From Callorhinchus milii (Eukaryota): DNA of 34,460 nt. The DNA is taken from assembly GCF_018977255.1 (NCBI RefSeq), contig NW_024705562.1:1-34460 (forward strand), written 5' to 3'. Position numbers and translations under genes: made by a program. Below the pieces are notes generated by a model that was not told the DNA's origin, did no database searches, and saw nothing but the letters and a program-made list of their open reading frames with translations. Positions 1 through 10,240 of this stretch are shown here, piece by piece (the first letter of the stretch is position 1; each line of letters starts with the position of its first letter).

Positions 1-64
1 CGGGGAATTGAACCCCGGTCTCCCGCGTGACAGGCGGGGATACTAACCACTATACTATCGAGGA
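1..64 (-). tRNA. tRNA-Asp(GTC), 3' end cut by window edge
   Basis: Matches the canonical A-type unit; last 8 nt lie outside the window. Confidence 0.9.
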
Positions 65-301
65 CTCGCTCAGAATGAGGCTGATTGTAGATTGACTGAT
101 ATTATAACAAGTAGAAATGAACCCATATACTCGGCATATTACCGATTGAAATGAAGAGGGGTTTATCTTTAAAAGTTCAAGCTGGTTAGAGCAGCAGGTT
201 ACCTAACGATTAGGGAAAATCACGTGATTAAAGTAAAGAGCAAGTCCTTTTAAATTGTAATAACAATGAGAGCCAGTGGCCATTTTTAAAAAAGAGTTGC
301 T

Positions 302-373
302 CTTCCCGACGGGGAATTGAACCCTGGTCTCCCGCGTTCCATGTGGGGAAACTAACGACGTTACTATCGAGGA
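302..373 (-). pseudogene. tRNA-Asp-derived pseudogene, class C (anticodon position GGA), with B-type 3' end/trailer
   Basis: D-arm broken (G18C), A-C mismatches in anticodon and T stems. Confidence 0.8.
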
Positions 374-592
374 CTCGGTCAGAGTGGGCTAATTCGTGAT
401 TGACAGCAATTATAACAAAAAAACTCAATTCTCAGTAAATAATAGCTTGAAATGAAGAAGGATTCATCTTTAAAAGTTCAGGCTTTTGAGTGCAGCAGGT
501 GATCAACGTTTGGTGAAATTAACGTGATAAAAGGGAACAGCAAGTATTTTAAATTGTAATAACAATGAGAGCCAGTGGCCATTTTCTTTTTT

Positions 593-596
593 AAAA
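593..596 (-). terminator. Pol III oligo-T terminator (representative; present after every unit)
   Basis: Minus strand reads AGCAACTC-TTTT after the tRNA 3' end; mostly T4 after A units and T5-6 after B units. Confidence 0.7.
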
Positions 597-604
597 GAGT
601 TGCT

Positions 605-676
605 CTCCCCGACGGGGAATTGAACCCCGGTCTCCCGCGTGACAGGCGGGGATACTAACCACTATACTATCGAGGA
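605..676 (-). tRNA. tRNA-Asp(GTC)
   Basis: Reverse complement TCCTCGATAGTATAGTGGTTAGTATCCCCGCCTGTCACGCGGGAGACCGGGGTTCAATTCCCCGTCGGGGAG. Full cloverleaf, anticodon loop CT-GTC-AC, A box TAGTATAGTGG, B box GGTTCAATTCC, G73, no encoded CCA (eukaryotic). Confidence 0.96.
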
Positions 677-913
677 CTCGCTCAGAATGAGGCTGATTGT
701 AGATTGACTGATATTATAACAAGTAGAAATGAACCCATATACTCGGCATATTACCGATTGAAATGAAGAGGGGTTTATCTTTAAAAGTTCAAGCTGGTTA
801 GAGCAGCAGGTTACCTAACGATTAGGGAAAATCACGTGATTAAAGTAAAGAGCAAGTCCTTTTAAATTGTAATAACAATGAGAGCCAGTGGCCATTTTTT
901 AAAAAGAGTTGCT

Positions 914-985
914 CTTCCCGACGGGGAATTGAACCCTGGTCTCCCGCGTTACATGTGGGGAACCTAACGACTTTACTATCGGGGA
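914..985 (-). pseudogene. tRNA-Asp-derived pseudogene, class B (anticodon position GTA)
   Basis: TCCCCGATAGTAAAGTCGTTAGGTTCCCCACATGTAACGCGGGAGACCAGGGTTCAATTCCCCGTCGGGAAG. D stem unpaired, G18C, mismatches in acceptor, anticodon and T stems. Confidence 0.82.
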
Positions 986-1222
986 CTCGGTCAGAGTGGG
1001 GCAGATTTGTGATTGACAGAAATTATAACTAGAAATAAACTCTAATACTCATTAAATAATCGTTTGAAATGAAGAAGGATTCATCTTTAAAAGTTCAGGC
1101 TTTTAAGTGCAGCAGGTGACTCAAGGTTTGGTTAAAATCGCGTGATAAAGTGAACAGCAAGTCATTTTAAATTGTAATAACAATGAGAGCCAGTGGCCAT
1201 TTTCTTTTTTAAAAGAGTTGCT

Positions 1223-1294
1223 CTCCCCGACGGGGAATTGAACCCCGGTCTCCCGCGTGACAGGCGGGGATACTAACCACTATACTATCGAGGA
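1223..1294 (-). tRNA. tRNA-Asp(GTC)
   Basis: Identical to the canonical A-type gene. Confidence 0.95.
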
Positions 1295-1531
1295 CTCGCT
1301 CAGAATGAGGCTGATTGTAGATTGACTGATATATAACAAGTAGAAATGAACCCATATACTCGGCATATTACCGATTGAAATGAAGAGGGGTTTATCTTTA
1401 AAAGTTCAAGCTGGTTAGAGCAGCAGGTTACCTAACGATTAGGGAAAATCACGTGATTAAAGTAAAGAGCAAGTCCTTTTAAATTGTAATAACAATGAGA
1501 GCCAGTGGCCATTTTTTAAAAAAGAGTTGCT

Positions 1532-1603
1532 CTTCCCGACGGGGAATTGAACCCTGGTCTCCCGCGTTACATGTGGGGAACCTAACGACTTTACTATCGG
1601 GGA
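1532..1603 (-). pseudogene. tRNA-Asp-derived pseudogene, class B (GTA)
   Basis: Matches class B consensus. Confidence 0.8.
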
Positions 1604-1840
1604 CTCGGTCAGAGTGGGGCAGATTTGTGATTGACAGAAATTATAACTAGAAATAAACTCTAATACTCATTAAATAATCGTTTGAAATGAAGAAGGATTC
1701 ATCTTTAAAAGTTCAGGCTTTTAAGTGCAGCAGGTGACTCAACGTTTGGTTAAAATCGCGTGATAAAGTGAACAGCAAGTCATTTTAAATTGTAATAACA
1801 ATGAGAGCCAGTGGCCATTTTCTTTTTTAAAAGAGTTGCT

Positions 1841-1911
1841 CTCCCGACGGGGAATTGAACCCCGGTCTCCCGCGTGACAGGCGGGGATACTAACCACTAT
1901 ACTATCGAGGA
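1841..1911 (-). tRNA. tRNA-Asp(GTC), 1-nt homopolymer deletion in acceptor stem
   Basis: A-type, one G fewer at the 3' end (possible sequencing indel). Confidence 0.8.
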
Positions 1912-2148
1912 CTCGCTCAGAATGAGGCTGATTGTAGATTGACTGATATTATAACAAGTAGAAATGAACCCATATACTCGGCATATTACCGATTGAAATG
2001 AAGAGGGGTTTATCTTTAAAAGTTCAAGCTGGTTAGAGCAGCAGGTTACCTAACGATTAGGGAAAATCACGTGATTAAAGTAAAGAGCAAGTCCTTTTAA
2101 ATTGTAATAACAATGAGAGCCAGTGGCCATTTTTTAAAAAGAGTTGCT

Positions 2149-2220
2149 CTTCCCGACGGGGAATTGAACCCCGGTCTCCCGCGTGACAGGCGGGGATACT
2201 AACCACTATACTATCGAGGA
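2149..2220 (-). tRNA. tRNA-Asp(GTC), recombinant with B-type 3' end (G71A)
   Basis: A-type body with B-type ...TCGGGAAG end and trailer; C2-A71 mismatch. Confidence 0.75.
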
Positions 2221-2458
2221 CTCGCTCAGAATGAGGCTGATTGTAGATTGACTGATATTATAACAAGTAGAAATGAACCCATATACTCGGCATATTACCG
2301 ATTGAAATGAAGAGGGGTTTATCTTTAAAAGTTCAAGCTGGTTAGAGCAGCAGGTTACCTAACGATTAGGGAAAATCACGTGATTAAAGTGAAGAGCAAG
2401 TCCTTTTAAATTGTAATAACAATGAGAGCCAGTGGCCATTTTTTAAAAAAGAGTTGCT

Positions 2459-2530
2459 CTTCCCGACGGGGAATTGAACCCTGGTCTCCCGCGTTACATG
2501 TGGGGAACCTAACGACTTTACTATCGGGGA
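2459..2530 (-). pseudogene. tRNA-Asp-derived pseudogene, class B (GTA)
   Basis: Matches class B consensus. Confidence 0.8.
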
Positions 2531-2766
2531 CTCGGTCAGAGTGGGGCAGATTTGTGATTGACAGAAATTATAACTAGAAATAAACTCTAATACTCATTAA
2601 ATAATCGTTTGAAATGAAGAAGGATTCATCTTTAAAAGTTCAGGCTTTTAAGTGCAGCAGGTGACTCACGTTTGGTGAAAATCACGTGATAAAGTGAACA
2701 GCAAGTCATTTTAAATTGTAATAACAATGAGAGCCAGTGGCCATTTTTTTTTTTAAAAGAGTTGCT

Positions 2767-2838
2767 CTCCCCGACGGGGAATTGAACCCCGGTCTCCCGC
2801 GTGACAGGCGGGGATACTAACCACTATACTATCGAGGA
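2767..2838 (-). tRNA. tRNA-Asp(GTC)
   Basis: Identical to the canonical A-type gene. Confidence 0.95.
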
Positions 2839-3074
2839 CTCGCTCAGAATGAGGCTGATTGTAGATTGACTGATATTATAACAAGTAGAAATGAACCCAT
2901 ATACTCGGCATATTACCGATTGAAATGAAGAGGGGTTTATCTTTAAAAGTTCAAGCTGGTTAGAGCAGCAGGTTACCTAACGATTAGGGAAAATCACGTG
3001 ATTAAAGAGCAAGTCCTTTCAAATAGTAATAACAATAAGGAGAGCCAGAGGCCAAAACATTTTAAAGAGTAGTT

Positions 3075-3145
3075 CTCCCGACGGGGAATTGAACCCTGGT
3101 CTCCCGCGTTCCATGTGGGGAAACTAACGACGTTACTATCGAGGA
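3075..3145 (-). pseudogene. tRNA-Asp-derived pseudogene, class C (GGA)
   Basis: Matches class C consensus. Confidence 0.8.
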
Positions 3146-3379
3146 CTCGGTCAGAGTGGGGCTAATTCGTGATTGACAGCAATTATAACAAAAAAACTCA
3201 TATTCTCAGTAAATAATAGCTTGAAATGAAGAAGGATTCATCTTTAAAAGTTCAGGCTTTTGAGTGCAGCAGGTGAGTCAACGTTGGTGAAATTAACGTG
3301 ATAAAAGGGAACAGCAAGTAATTTTAAATTGTAATAACAATGAGAGCCAGTGGCCATTTTCTTTTTTAAAAGAGTTGCT

Positions 3380-3451
3380 CTCCCCGACGGGGAATTGAAC
3401 CCCGGTCTCCCGCGTGACAGGCGGGGATACTAACCACTATACTATCGAGGA
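3380..3451 (-). tRNA. tRNA-Asp(GTC)
   Basis: Identical to the canonical A-type gene. Confidence 0.95.
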
Positions 3452-3687
3452 CTCGCTCAGAATGAGGCTGATTGTAGATTGACTGATTTATAACAAGTAG
3501 AAATGAACCCATATACTCGGCATATTACCGATTGAAATGAAGAGGGGTTTATCTTTAAAAGTTCAAGCTGGTTAGAGCAGCAGGTTACCTAACGATTAGG
3601 GAAAATCACGTGATTAAAGTAAAGAGCAAGTCCTTTTAAATTGTAATAACAATGAGAGCCAGTGGCCATTTTTTAAAAAGAGTTGCT

Positions 3688-3759
3688 CTTCCCGACGGGG
3701 AATTGAACCCTGGTCTCCCGCGTTACATGTGGGGAACCTAACGACTTTACTATCGGGGA
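3688..3759 (-). pseudogene. tRNA-Asp-derived pseudogene, class B (GTA)
   Basis: Matches class B consensus. Confidence 0.8.
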
Positions 3760-3998
3760 CTCGGTCAGAGTGGGGCAGAATTGTGATTGACAGAAATTAT
3801 AACTAGAAATAAACTCATAATACTCATTAAATAATCGTTTGAAATGAAGAAGGATTCATCTTTAAAAGTTCAGGCTTTTAAGTGCAGCAGGTGACTCAAG
3901 GTTTGGTTAAAATCGCGTGATAAAGTGGAACAGCAAGTCATTTTAAATTGTAATAACAATGAGAGCCAGTGGCCATTTTCTTTTTTAAAAGAGTTGCT

Positions 3999-4070
3999 CT
4001 CCCCGACGGGGAATTGAACCCCGGTCTCCCGCGTGACAGGCGGGGATACTAACCACTATACTATCGAGGA
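3999..4070 (-). tRNA. tRNA-Asp(GTC)
   Basis: Identical to the canonical A-type gene. Confidence 0.95.
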
Positions 4071-4307
4071 CTCGCTCAGAATGAGGCTGATTGTAGATTG
4101 ACTGATATTATAACAAGTAGAAATGAACCCATATACTCGGCATATTACCGATTGAAATGAAGAGGGGTTTATCTTTAAAAGTTCAAGCTGGTTAGAGCAG
4201 CAGGTTACCTAACGATTAGGGAAAATCACGTGATTAAAGTAAAGCAAGTCCTTTAAATTGTAATAACAATAAGGAGAGCCAGTGGCCATTTTTTAAAAAG
4301 AGTTGCT

Positions 4308-4377
4308 CTCCCGACGGGGAATTGAACCCTGGTCTCCCGCGTTACATGTGGGGAAACTAACGACGTTACTATCGGGA
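4308..4377 (-). pseudogene. tRNA-Asp-derived pseudogene, B/C mosaic (GTA with C-type D arm)
   Basis: B-type anticodon region with C-type D-arm bases and small deletions. Confidence 0.75.
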
Positions 4378-4610
4378 CTCGGTCAGAGTGGGGCAGATTG
4401 TGATTGACAGCAATTATAAGAAATAAACTCTATACTCAGATAATAATCGTTTGAAATGAAGAAGGATTCATCTTTAAAAGTTCAGGCTTTTAAGTGCAGC
4501 AGGTGACTCAACGTTTGGTGAAAATCACGTGATAAAAGTGAACAGCAAGTCATTTTAAATTGTAATAACAATGAGAGCCAGTGGCCATTTTCTTTTTTAA
4601 AAGAGTTGCT

Positions 4611-4684
4611 CTCCCCGACGGGGAATTGAACCCCGGTCTCCCGCGTGACAGGCGGGGATACTAACCACTATATACTATCGAGGA
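4611..4684 (-). tRNA. tRNA-Asp(GTC) with a 2-nt TA insertion in the D arm
   Basis: A-type with ctatatact instead of ctatact (real or sequencing error). Confidence 0.75.
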
Positions 4685-4922
4685 CTCGCTCAGAATGAGG
4701 CTGATTGTAGATTGACTGATATTATAACAAGTAGAAATGAACCCAGATACTCGGCATATTACCGATTGAAATGAAGAGGGGTTTATCTTTAAAAGTTCAA
4801 GCTGGTTAGAGCAGCAGGTTACCTAACGATTAGGGAAAATCACGTGATTAAAGAGCAAGTCCTTTCAAATAGTAATAACAATAAGGAGAGCCAGAGGCCA
4901 AACATTTTTAAAAAGAGTAGTT

Positions 4923-4992
4923 CTCCCGACGGGGAATTGAACCCTGGTCTCCCGCGTTCCATGTGGGGAAACTACGACGTTACTATCGAGGA
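4923..4992 (-). pseudogene. tRNA-Asp-derived pseudogene, class C (GGA)
   Basis: Matches class C consensus with small deletions. Confidence 0.8.
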
Positions 4993-5224
4993 CTCGGTCA
5001 GAGTGGGGCTAATTCGTGATTGACAGCAATTATAACAAAAAAACTCATATTCTCAGTAAATAATAGCTTGAAATGAAGAAGGATTCATCTTTAAAAGTTC
5101 AGGCTTTTGAGTGCAGCAGGTGAGTCAACGTTTGGTGAATTAACGTGATAAAGGAACAGCAAGTAATTTTAAATTGTAATAACAATGAGAGCCAGTGGCC
5201 ATTTTCTTTTTTAAAAGAGTTGCT

Positions 5225-5295
5225 CTCCCGACGGGGAATTGAACCCCGGTCTCCCGCGTGACAGGCGGGGATACTAACCACTATACTATCGAGGA
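5225..5295 (-). tRNA. tRNA-Asp(GTC), 1-nt homopolymer deletion
   Basis: A-type, one G fewer at the 3' end. Confidence 0.8.
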
Positions 5296-5532
5296 CTCGC
5301 TCAGAATGAGGCTGATTGTAGATTGACTGATATTATAACAAGTAGAAATGAACCCATATACTCGGCATATTACCGATTGAAATGAAGAGGGGTTTATCTT
5401 TAAAAGTTCAAGCTGGTTAGAGCAGCAGGTTACCTAACGATTAGGGAAAATCACGTGATTAAAGTCAAGAGCAAGTCCTTTTAAATTGTAATAACAATGA
5501 GAGCCAGTGGCCATTTTTAAAAAAGAGTTGCT

Positions 5533-5604
5533 CTTCCCGACGGGGAATTGAACCCTGGTCTCCCGCGTTACATGTGGGGAACCTAACGACGTTACTATCG
5601 GGGA
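5533..5604 (-). pseudogene. tRNA-Asp-derived pseudogene, class B (GTA)
   Basis: Class B with one C-type D-arm base. Confidence 0.8.
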
Positions 5605-5840
5605 CTCGGTCAGAGTGGGGCAGATTGTGATTGACAGAAATTATAACTAGAAATAAACTCTAATACTCAGTAAATAATCGTTTGAAATGAAGAAGGATTC
5701 ATCTTTAAAAGTTCAGGCTTTTAAGTGCAGCAGGTGACTCAACGTTTGGTGAAAATCACGTGATAAAGGGAACAGCAAGTCATTTTAAATTGTAATAACA
5801 ATGAGAGCCAGTGGCCATTTTCTTTTTTAAAAGAGTTGCT

Positions 5841-5912
5841 CTCCCCGACGGGGAATTGAACCCCGGTCTCCCGCGTGACAGGCGGGGATACTAACCACTA
5901 TACTATCGAGGA
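5841..5912 (-). tRNA. tRNA-Asp(GTC)
   Basis: Identical to the canonical A-type gene. Confidence 0.95.
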
Positions 5913-6150
5913 CTCGCTCAGAATGAGGCTGATTGTAGATTGACTGATATTATAACAAGTAGAAATGAACCCAGATACTCGGCATATTACCGATTGAAAT
6001 GAAGAGGGGTTTATCTTTAAAAGTTCAAGCTGGTTAGAGCAGCAGGTTACCTAACGATTAGGGAAAATCACGTGATTAAAGTAAAGAGCAAGTCCTTTTA
6101 AATTGTAATAACAATGAGAGCCAGTGGCCATTTTTTAAAAAAGAGTTGCT

Positions 6151-6222
6151 CTTCCCGACGGGGAATTGAACCCCGGTCTCCCGCGTGACAGGCGGGGATA
6201 CTAACCACTATACTATCGAGGA
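6151..6222 (-). tRNA. tRNA-Asp(GTC), recombinant with B-type 3' end (G71A)
   Basis: A-type body with B-type 3' end and trailer. Confidence 0.75.
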
Positions 6223-6460
6223 CTCGCTCAGAATGGGGCTGATTGTAGATTGACTGATATTATAACAAGTAGAAATGAACCCATATACTCGGCATATTAC
6301 CGATTGAAATGAAGAGGGGTTTATCTTTAAAAGTTCAAGCTGGTTAGAGCAGCAGGTTACCTAACGATTAGGGAAAATCACGTGATTAAAGTAAACAGCA
6401 AGTCCTTTTAAATTGTAATAACAATGAGAGCCAGTGGCCATTTTTTAAAAAAGAGTTGCT

Positions 6461-6532
6461 CTTCCCGACGGGGAATTGAACCCTGGTCTCCCGCGTTACA
6501 TGTGGGGAACCTAACGACTTTACTATCGGGGA
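6461..6532 (-). pseudogene. tRNA-Asp-derived pseudogene, class B (GTA)
   Basis: Matches class B consensus. Confidence 0.8.
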
Positions 6533-6769
6533 CTCGGTCAGAGTGGGCAGATTTGTGATTGACAGAAATTATAACTAGAAATAAACTCTAATTACTCAGT
6601 AAATAATCGTTTGAAATGAAGAAGGATTCATCTTTAAAAGTTCAGGCTTTTAAGTGCAGCAGGTGACTCAACGTTTGGTGAAAATCACGTGATAAAAGTG
6701 AACAGCAAGTCATTTTAAATTGTAATAACAATGAGAGCCAGTGGCCATTTTATTTTTAAAAGAGTTGCT

Positions 6770-6841
6770 CTCCCCGACGGGGAATTGAACCCCGGTCTCC
6801 CGCGTGACAGGCGGGGATACTAACCACTATACTATCGAGGA
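6770..6841 (-). tRNA. tRNA-Asp(GTC)
   Basis: Identical to the canonical A-type gene. Confidence 0.95.
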
Positions 6842-7081
6842 CTCGCTCAGAATGAGGCTGATTGTAGATTGACTGATATTATAACAAGTAGAAATGAACC
6901 CAGATACTCGGCATATTACCGATTGAAATGAAGAGGGGTTTATCTTTAAAAGTTCAAGCTGGTTAGAGCAGCAGGTTACCTAACGATTAGGGAAAATCAC
7001 GTGATTAAAGGAGCAAGTCCTTTCAAATAGTAATAACAATAAGGAGAGCCAGAGGCCAAAACATTTTTTAAAAGAGTAGTT

Positions 7082-7153
7082 CTCCCCGACGGGGAATTGA
7101 ACCCTGGTCTCCCGCGTTCCATGTGGGGAAACTAACGACGTTACTATCGAGGA
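7082..7153 (-). pseudogene. tRNA-Asp-derived pseudogene, class C (GGA)
   Basis: TCCTCGATAGTAACGTCGTTAGTTTCCCCACATGGAACGCGGGAGACCAGGGTTCAATTCCCCGTCGGGGAG. A14C, G18C, stem mismatches. Confidence 0.82.
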
Positions 7154-7388
7154 CTCGGTCAGAGTGGGGCTAATTCGTGATTGACAGCAATTATAACAAA
7201 AAAACTCATATTCTCAGTAAATAATAGCTTGAAATGAAGAAGGATTCATCTTTAAAAGTTCAGGCTTTTGAGTGCAGCAGGTGAGTCAACGTTTGGTGAA
7301 ATTAACGTGATAAAAGGGAACAGCAAGTCATTTTAAATTGTAATAACAATGAGAGCCAGTGGCCATTATCTTTTTTAAAAGAGTTGCT

Positions 7389-7460
7389 CTCCCCGACGGG
7401 GAATTGAACCCCGGTCTCCCGCGTGACAGGCGGGGATACTAACCACTATACTATCGAGGA
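7389..7460 (-). tRNA. tRNA-Asp(GTC)
   Basis: Identical to the canonical A-type gene. Confidence 0.95.
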
Positions 7461-7696
7461 CTCGCTCAGAATGAGGCTGATTGTAGATTGACTGATATTA
7501 TAACAAGTAGAAATGAACCCATATACTCGGCATATTACCGATTGAAATGAAGAGGGGTTTATCTTTAAAAGTTCAAGCTGGTTAGAGCAGCAGGTTACCT
7601 AACGATTAGGGAAAATCACGTGATTAAAGTAAAGAGCAAGTCCTTTTAAATGTAATAACAATGAGAGCCAGTGGCCATTTTTTAAAAAGAGTTGCT

Positions 7697-7766
7697 CTTC
7701 CCGACGGGGAATTGAACCCTGGTCTCCCGCGTTACATGTGGGGAACTAACGACTTTACTATCGGGA
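7697..7766 (-). pseudogene. tRNA-Asp-derived pseudogene, class B (GTA)
   Basis: Class B with two 1-nt deletions. Confidence 0.8.
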
Positions 7767-8003
7767 CTCGGTCAGAGTGGGGCAGAATTGTGATTGACAG
7801 AAATTATAACTAGAAATAAACTCTAATACTCATTAAATAATCGTTTGAAATGAAGAAGGATTCATCTTTAAAAGTTCAGGCTTTTAAGTGCAGCAGGTGA
7901 CTCAAGGTTTGGTTAAAATCGCGTGATAAAGTGAACAGCAAGTCATTTTAAATTGTAATAACAATGAGAGCCAGTGGCCATTTTCTTTTTTAAAAGAGTT
8001 GCT

Positions 8004-8075
8004 CTCCCCGACGGGGAATTGAACCCCGGTCTCCCGCGTGACAGGCGGGGATACTAACCACTATACTATCGAGGA
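8004..8075 (-). tRNA. tRNA-Asp(GTC)
   Basis: Identical to the canonical A-type gene. Confidence 0.95.
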
Positions 8076-8311
8076 CTCGCTCAGAATGAGGCTGATTGTA
8101 GATTGCTGAACTTATAAGAAGTAGAAATGAACCCATATACTCGGCATATTACCGATTGAAATGAAGAGGGGTTTATCTTTAAAAGTTCAAGCTGGTTAGA
8201 GCAGCAGGTTACCTAACGATTAGGGAAAATCACGTGATTAAAGTAAAGAGCAAGTCCTTTTAAATTGTAATAACAATGAGAGCCAGTGGCCATTTTTTAA
8301 AAAGAGTTGCT

Positions 8312-8383
8312 CTTCCCGACGGGGAATTGAACCCTGGTCTCCCGCGTTACATGTGGGGAACCTAACGACTTTACTATCGGGGA
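8312..8383 (-). pseudogene. tRNA-Asp-derived pseudogene, class B (GTA)
   Basis: Matches class B consensus. Confidence 0.8.
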
Positions 8384-8621
8384 CTCGGTCAGAGTGGGGC
8401 AGATTTGTGATTGACAGAAATTATAACTAGAAATAAACTCTAATACTCATTAAATAATCGTTTGAAATGAAGAAGGATTCATCTTTAAAAGTTCAGGCTT
8501 TTAAGTGCAGCAGGTGACTCAACGTTTGGTGTAAAATCACGTGATAAAGTGAACAGCAAGTCATTTTAAATTGTAATAACAATGAGAGCCAGTGGCCATT
8601 TTTTTTTTTAAAAGAGTTGCT

Positions 8622-8693
8622 CTCCCCGACGGGGAATTGAACCCCGGTCTCCCGCGTGACAGGCGGGGATACTAACCACTATACTATCGAGGA
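8622..8693 (-). tRNA. tRNA-Asp(GTC)
   Basis: Identical to the canonical A-type gene. Confidence 0.95.
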
Positions 8694-8934
8694 CTCGCTC
8701 AGAATGAGGCTGATTGTAGATTGACTGATATTATAACAAGTAGAAATGAACCCATATACTCGGCATATTACCGATTGAAATGAAGAGGGGTTTATCTTTA
8801 AAAGTTCAAGCTGGTTAGAGCAGCAGGTTACCTAACGATTAGGGAAAATCACGTGATTAAAGTCAAGAGCAAGTCCTTTCAAATAGTAATAACAATAAGG
8901 AGAGCCAGAGGCAAAACATTTTAAAAGAGTAGTT

Positions 8935-9006
8935 CTCCCCGACGGGGAATTGAACCCTGGTCTCCCGCGTTCCATGTGGGGAAACTAACGACGTTACTAT
9001 CGAGGA
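8935..9006 (-). pseudogene. tRNA-Asp-derived pseudogene, class C (GGA)
   Basis: Matches class C consensus. Confidence 0.8.
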
Positions 9007-9240
9007 CTCGGTCAGAGTGGGGCTATTTCGTGATTAACAGCATTATAAAAAAAAAACTCATATTCTCAGTAAATAATAGCTTGAAATGAAGAAGGATTCA
9101 TCTTTAAAAGTTCAGGCTTTTGAGTGCAGCAGGTGAGTCAACGTTTGGTGAAATTAACGTGATAAAAGGGAACAGCAAGTAATTTTAAATTGTAATAACA
9201 ATGAGAGCCAGTGGCCATATTCTTTTTTAAAAGAGTTGCT

Positions 9241-9312
9241 CTCCCCGACGGGGAATTGAACCCCGGTCTCCCGCGTGACAGGCGGGGATACTAACCACTA
9301 TACTATCGAGGA
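9241..9312 (-). tRNA. tRNA-Asp(GTC)
   Basis: Identical to the canonical A-type gene. Confidence 0.95.
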
Positions 9313-9551
9313 CTCGCTCAGAATGAGGCTGATTTGTAGATTGACTGATATTATAACAAGTAGAAATGAACCCATATACTCGGCATATTACCGATTGAAA
9401 TGAAGAGGGGTTTATCTTTAAAAGTTCAAGCTGGTTAGAGCAGCAGGTTACCTAACGATTAGGGAAAATCACGTGATTAAAGTAAAGAGCAAGTCCTTTT
9501 AAATTGTAATAACAATGAGAGCCAGTGGCCATTTTTTAAAAAAGAGTTGCT

Positions 9552-9623
9552 CTTCCCGACGGGGAATTGAACCCTGGTCTCCCGCGTTACATGTGGGGAA
9601 CCTAACGACTTTACTATCGGGGA
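9552..9623 (-). pseudogene. tRNA-Asp-derived pseudogene, class B (GTA)
   Basis: Matches class B consensus. Confidence 0.8.
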
Positions 9624-9862
9624 CTCGGTCAGAGTGGGGCAGAATTGTGATTGACAGAAATTAAACTAGAAAATAAACTCTAATACTCATTAAATAATCG
9701 TTTGAAATGAAGAAGGATTCATCTTTAAAAGTTCAGGCTTTTAAGTGCAGCAGGTGACTCAAGGTTTGGTTTAAAAATCGCGTGATAAAGTGAACAGCAA
9801 GTCATTTTAAATTGTAATAACAATGAGAGCCAGTGGCCATTTTCTTTTTTAAAAGAGTTGCT

Positions 9863-9933
9863 CTCCCGACGGGGAATTGAACCCCGGTCTCCCGCGTGAC
9901 AGGCGGGGATACTAACCACTATACTATCGAGGA
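9863..9933 (-). tRNA. tRNA-Asp(GTC), 1-nt homopolymer deletion
   Basis: A-type, one G fewer at the 3' end. Confidence 0.8.
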
Positions 9934-10168
9934 CTCGCTCAGAATGAGGCTGATTGTAGATTGACTGATATTATAACAAGTAGAAATGAACCCATATACT
10001 CGGCATATTACCGATTGAAATGAAGAGGGGTTTATCTTTAAAAGTTCAAGCTGGTTAGAGCAGCAGGTTACCTAACGATTAGGGAAAATCACGTGATTAA
10101 AGTCAAGAGCAAGTCCTTTTAAATTGTAATAACAATGAGAGCCAGTGGCCATTTTTAAAAGAGTTGCT

Positions 10169-10240
10169 CTTCCCGACGGGGAATTGAACCCTGGTCTCCC
10201 GCGTTACATGTGGGGAACCTAACGACTTTACTATCGGGGA
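10169..10240 (-). pseudogene. tRNA-Asp-derived pseudogene, class B (GTA)
   Basis: Matches class B consensus. Confidence 0.8.

Noticed and set aside
822..827. TTAGGG telomere-like hexamer in the A-unit spacer
   Set aside because: One copy per unit, not tandem; expected by chance.
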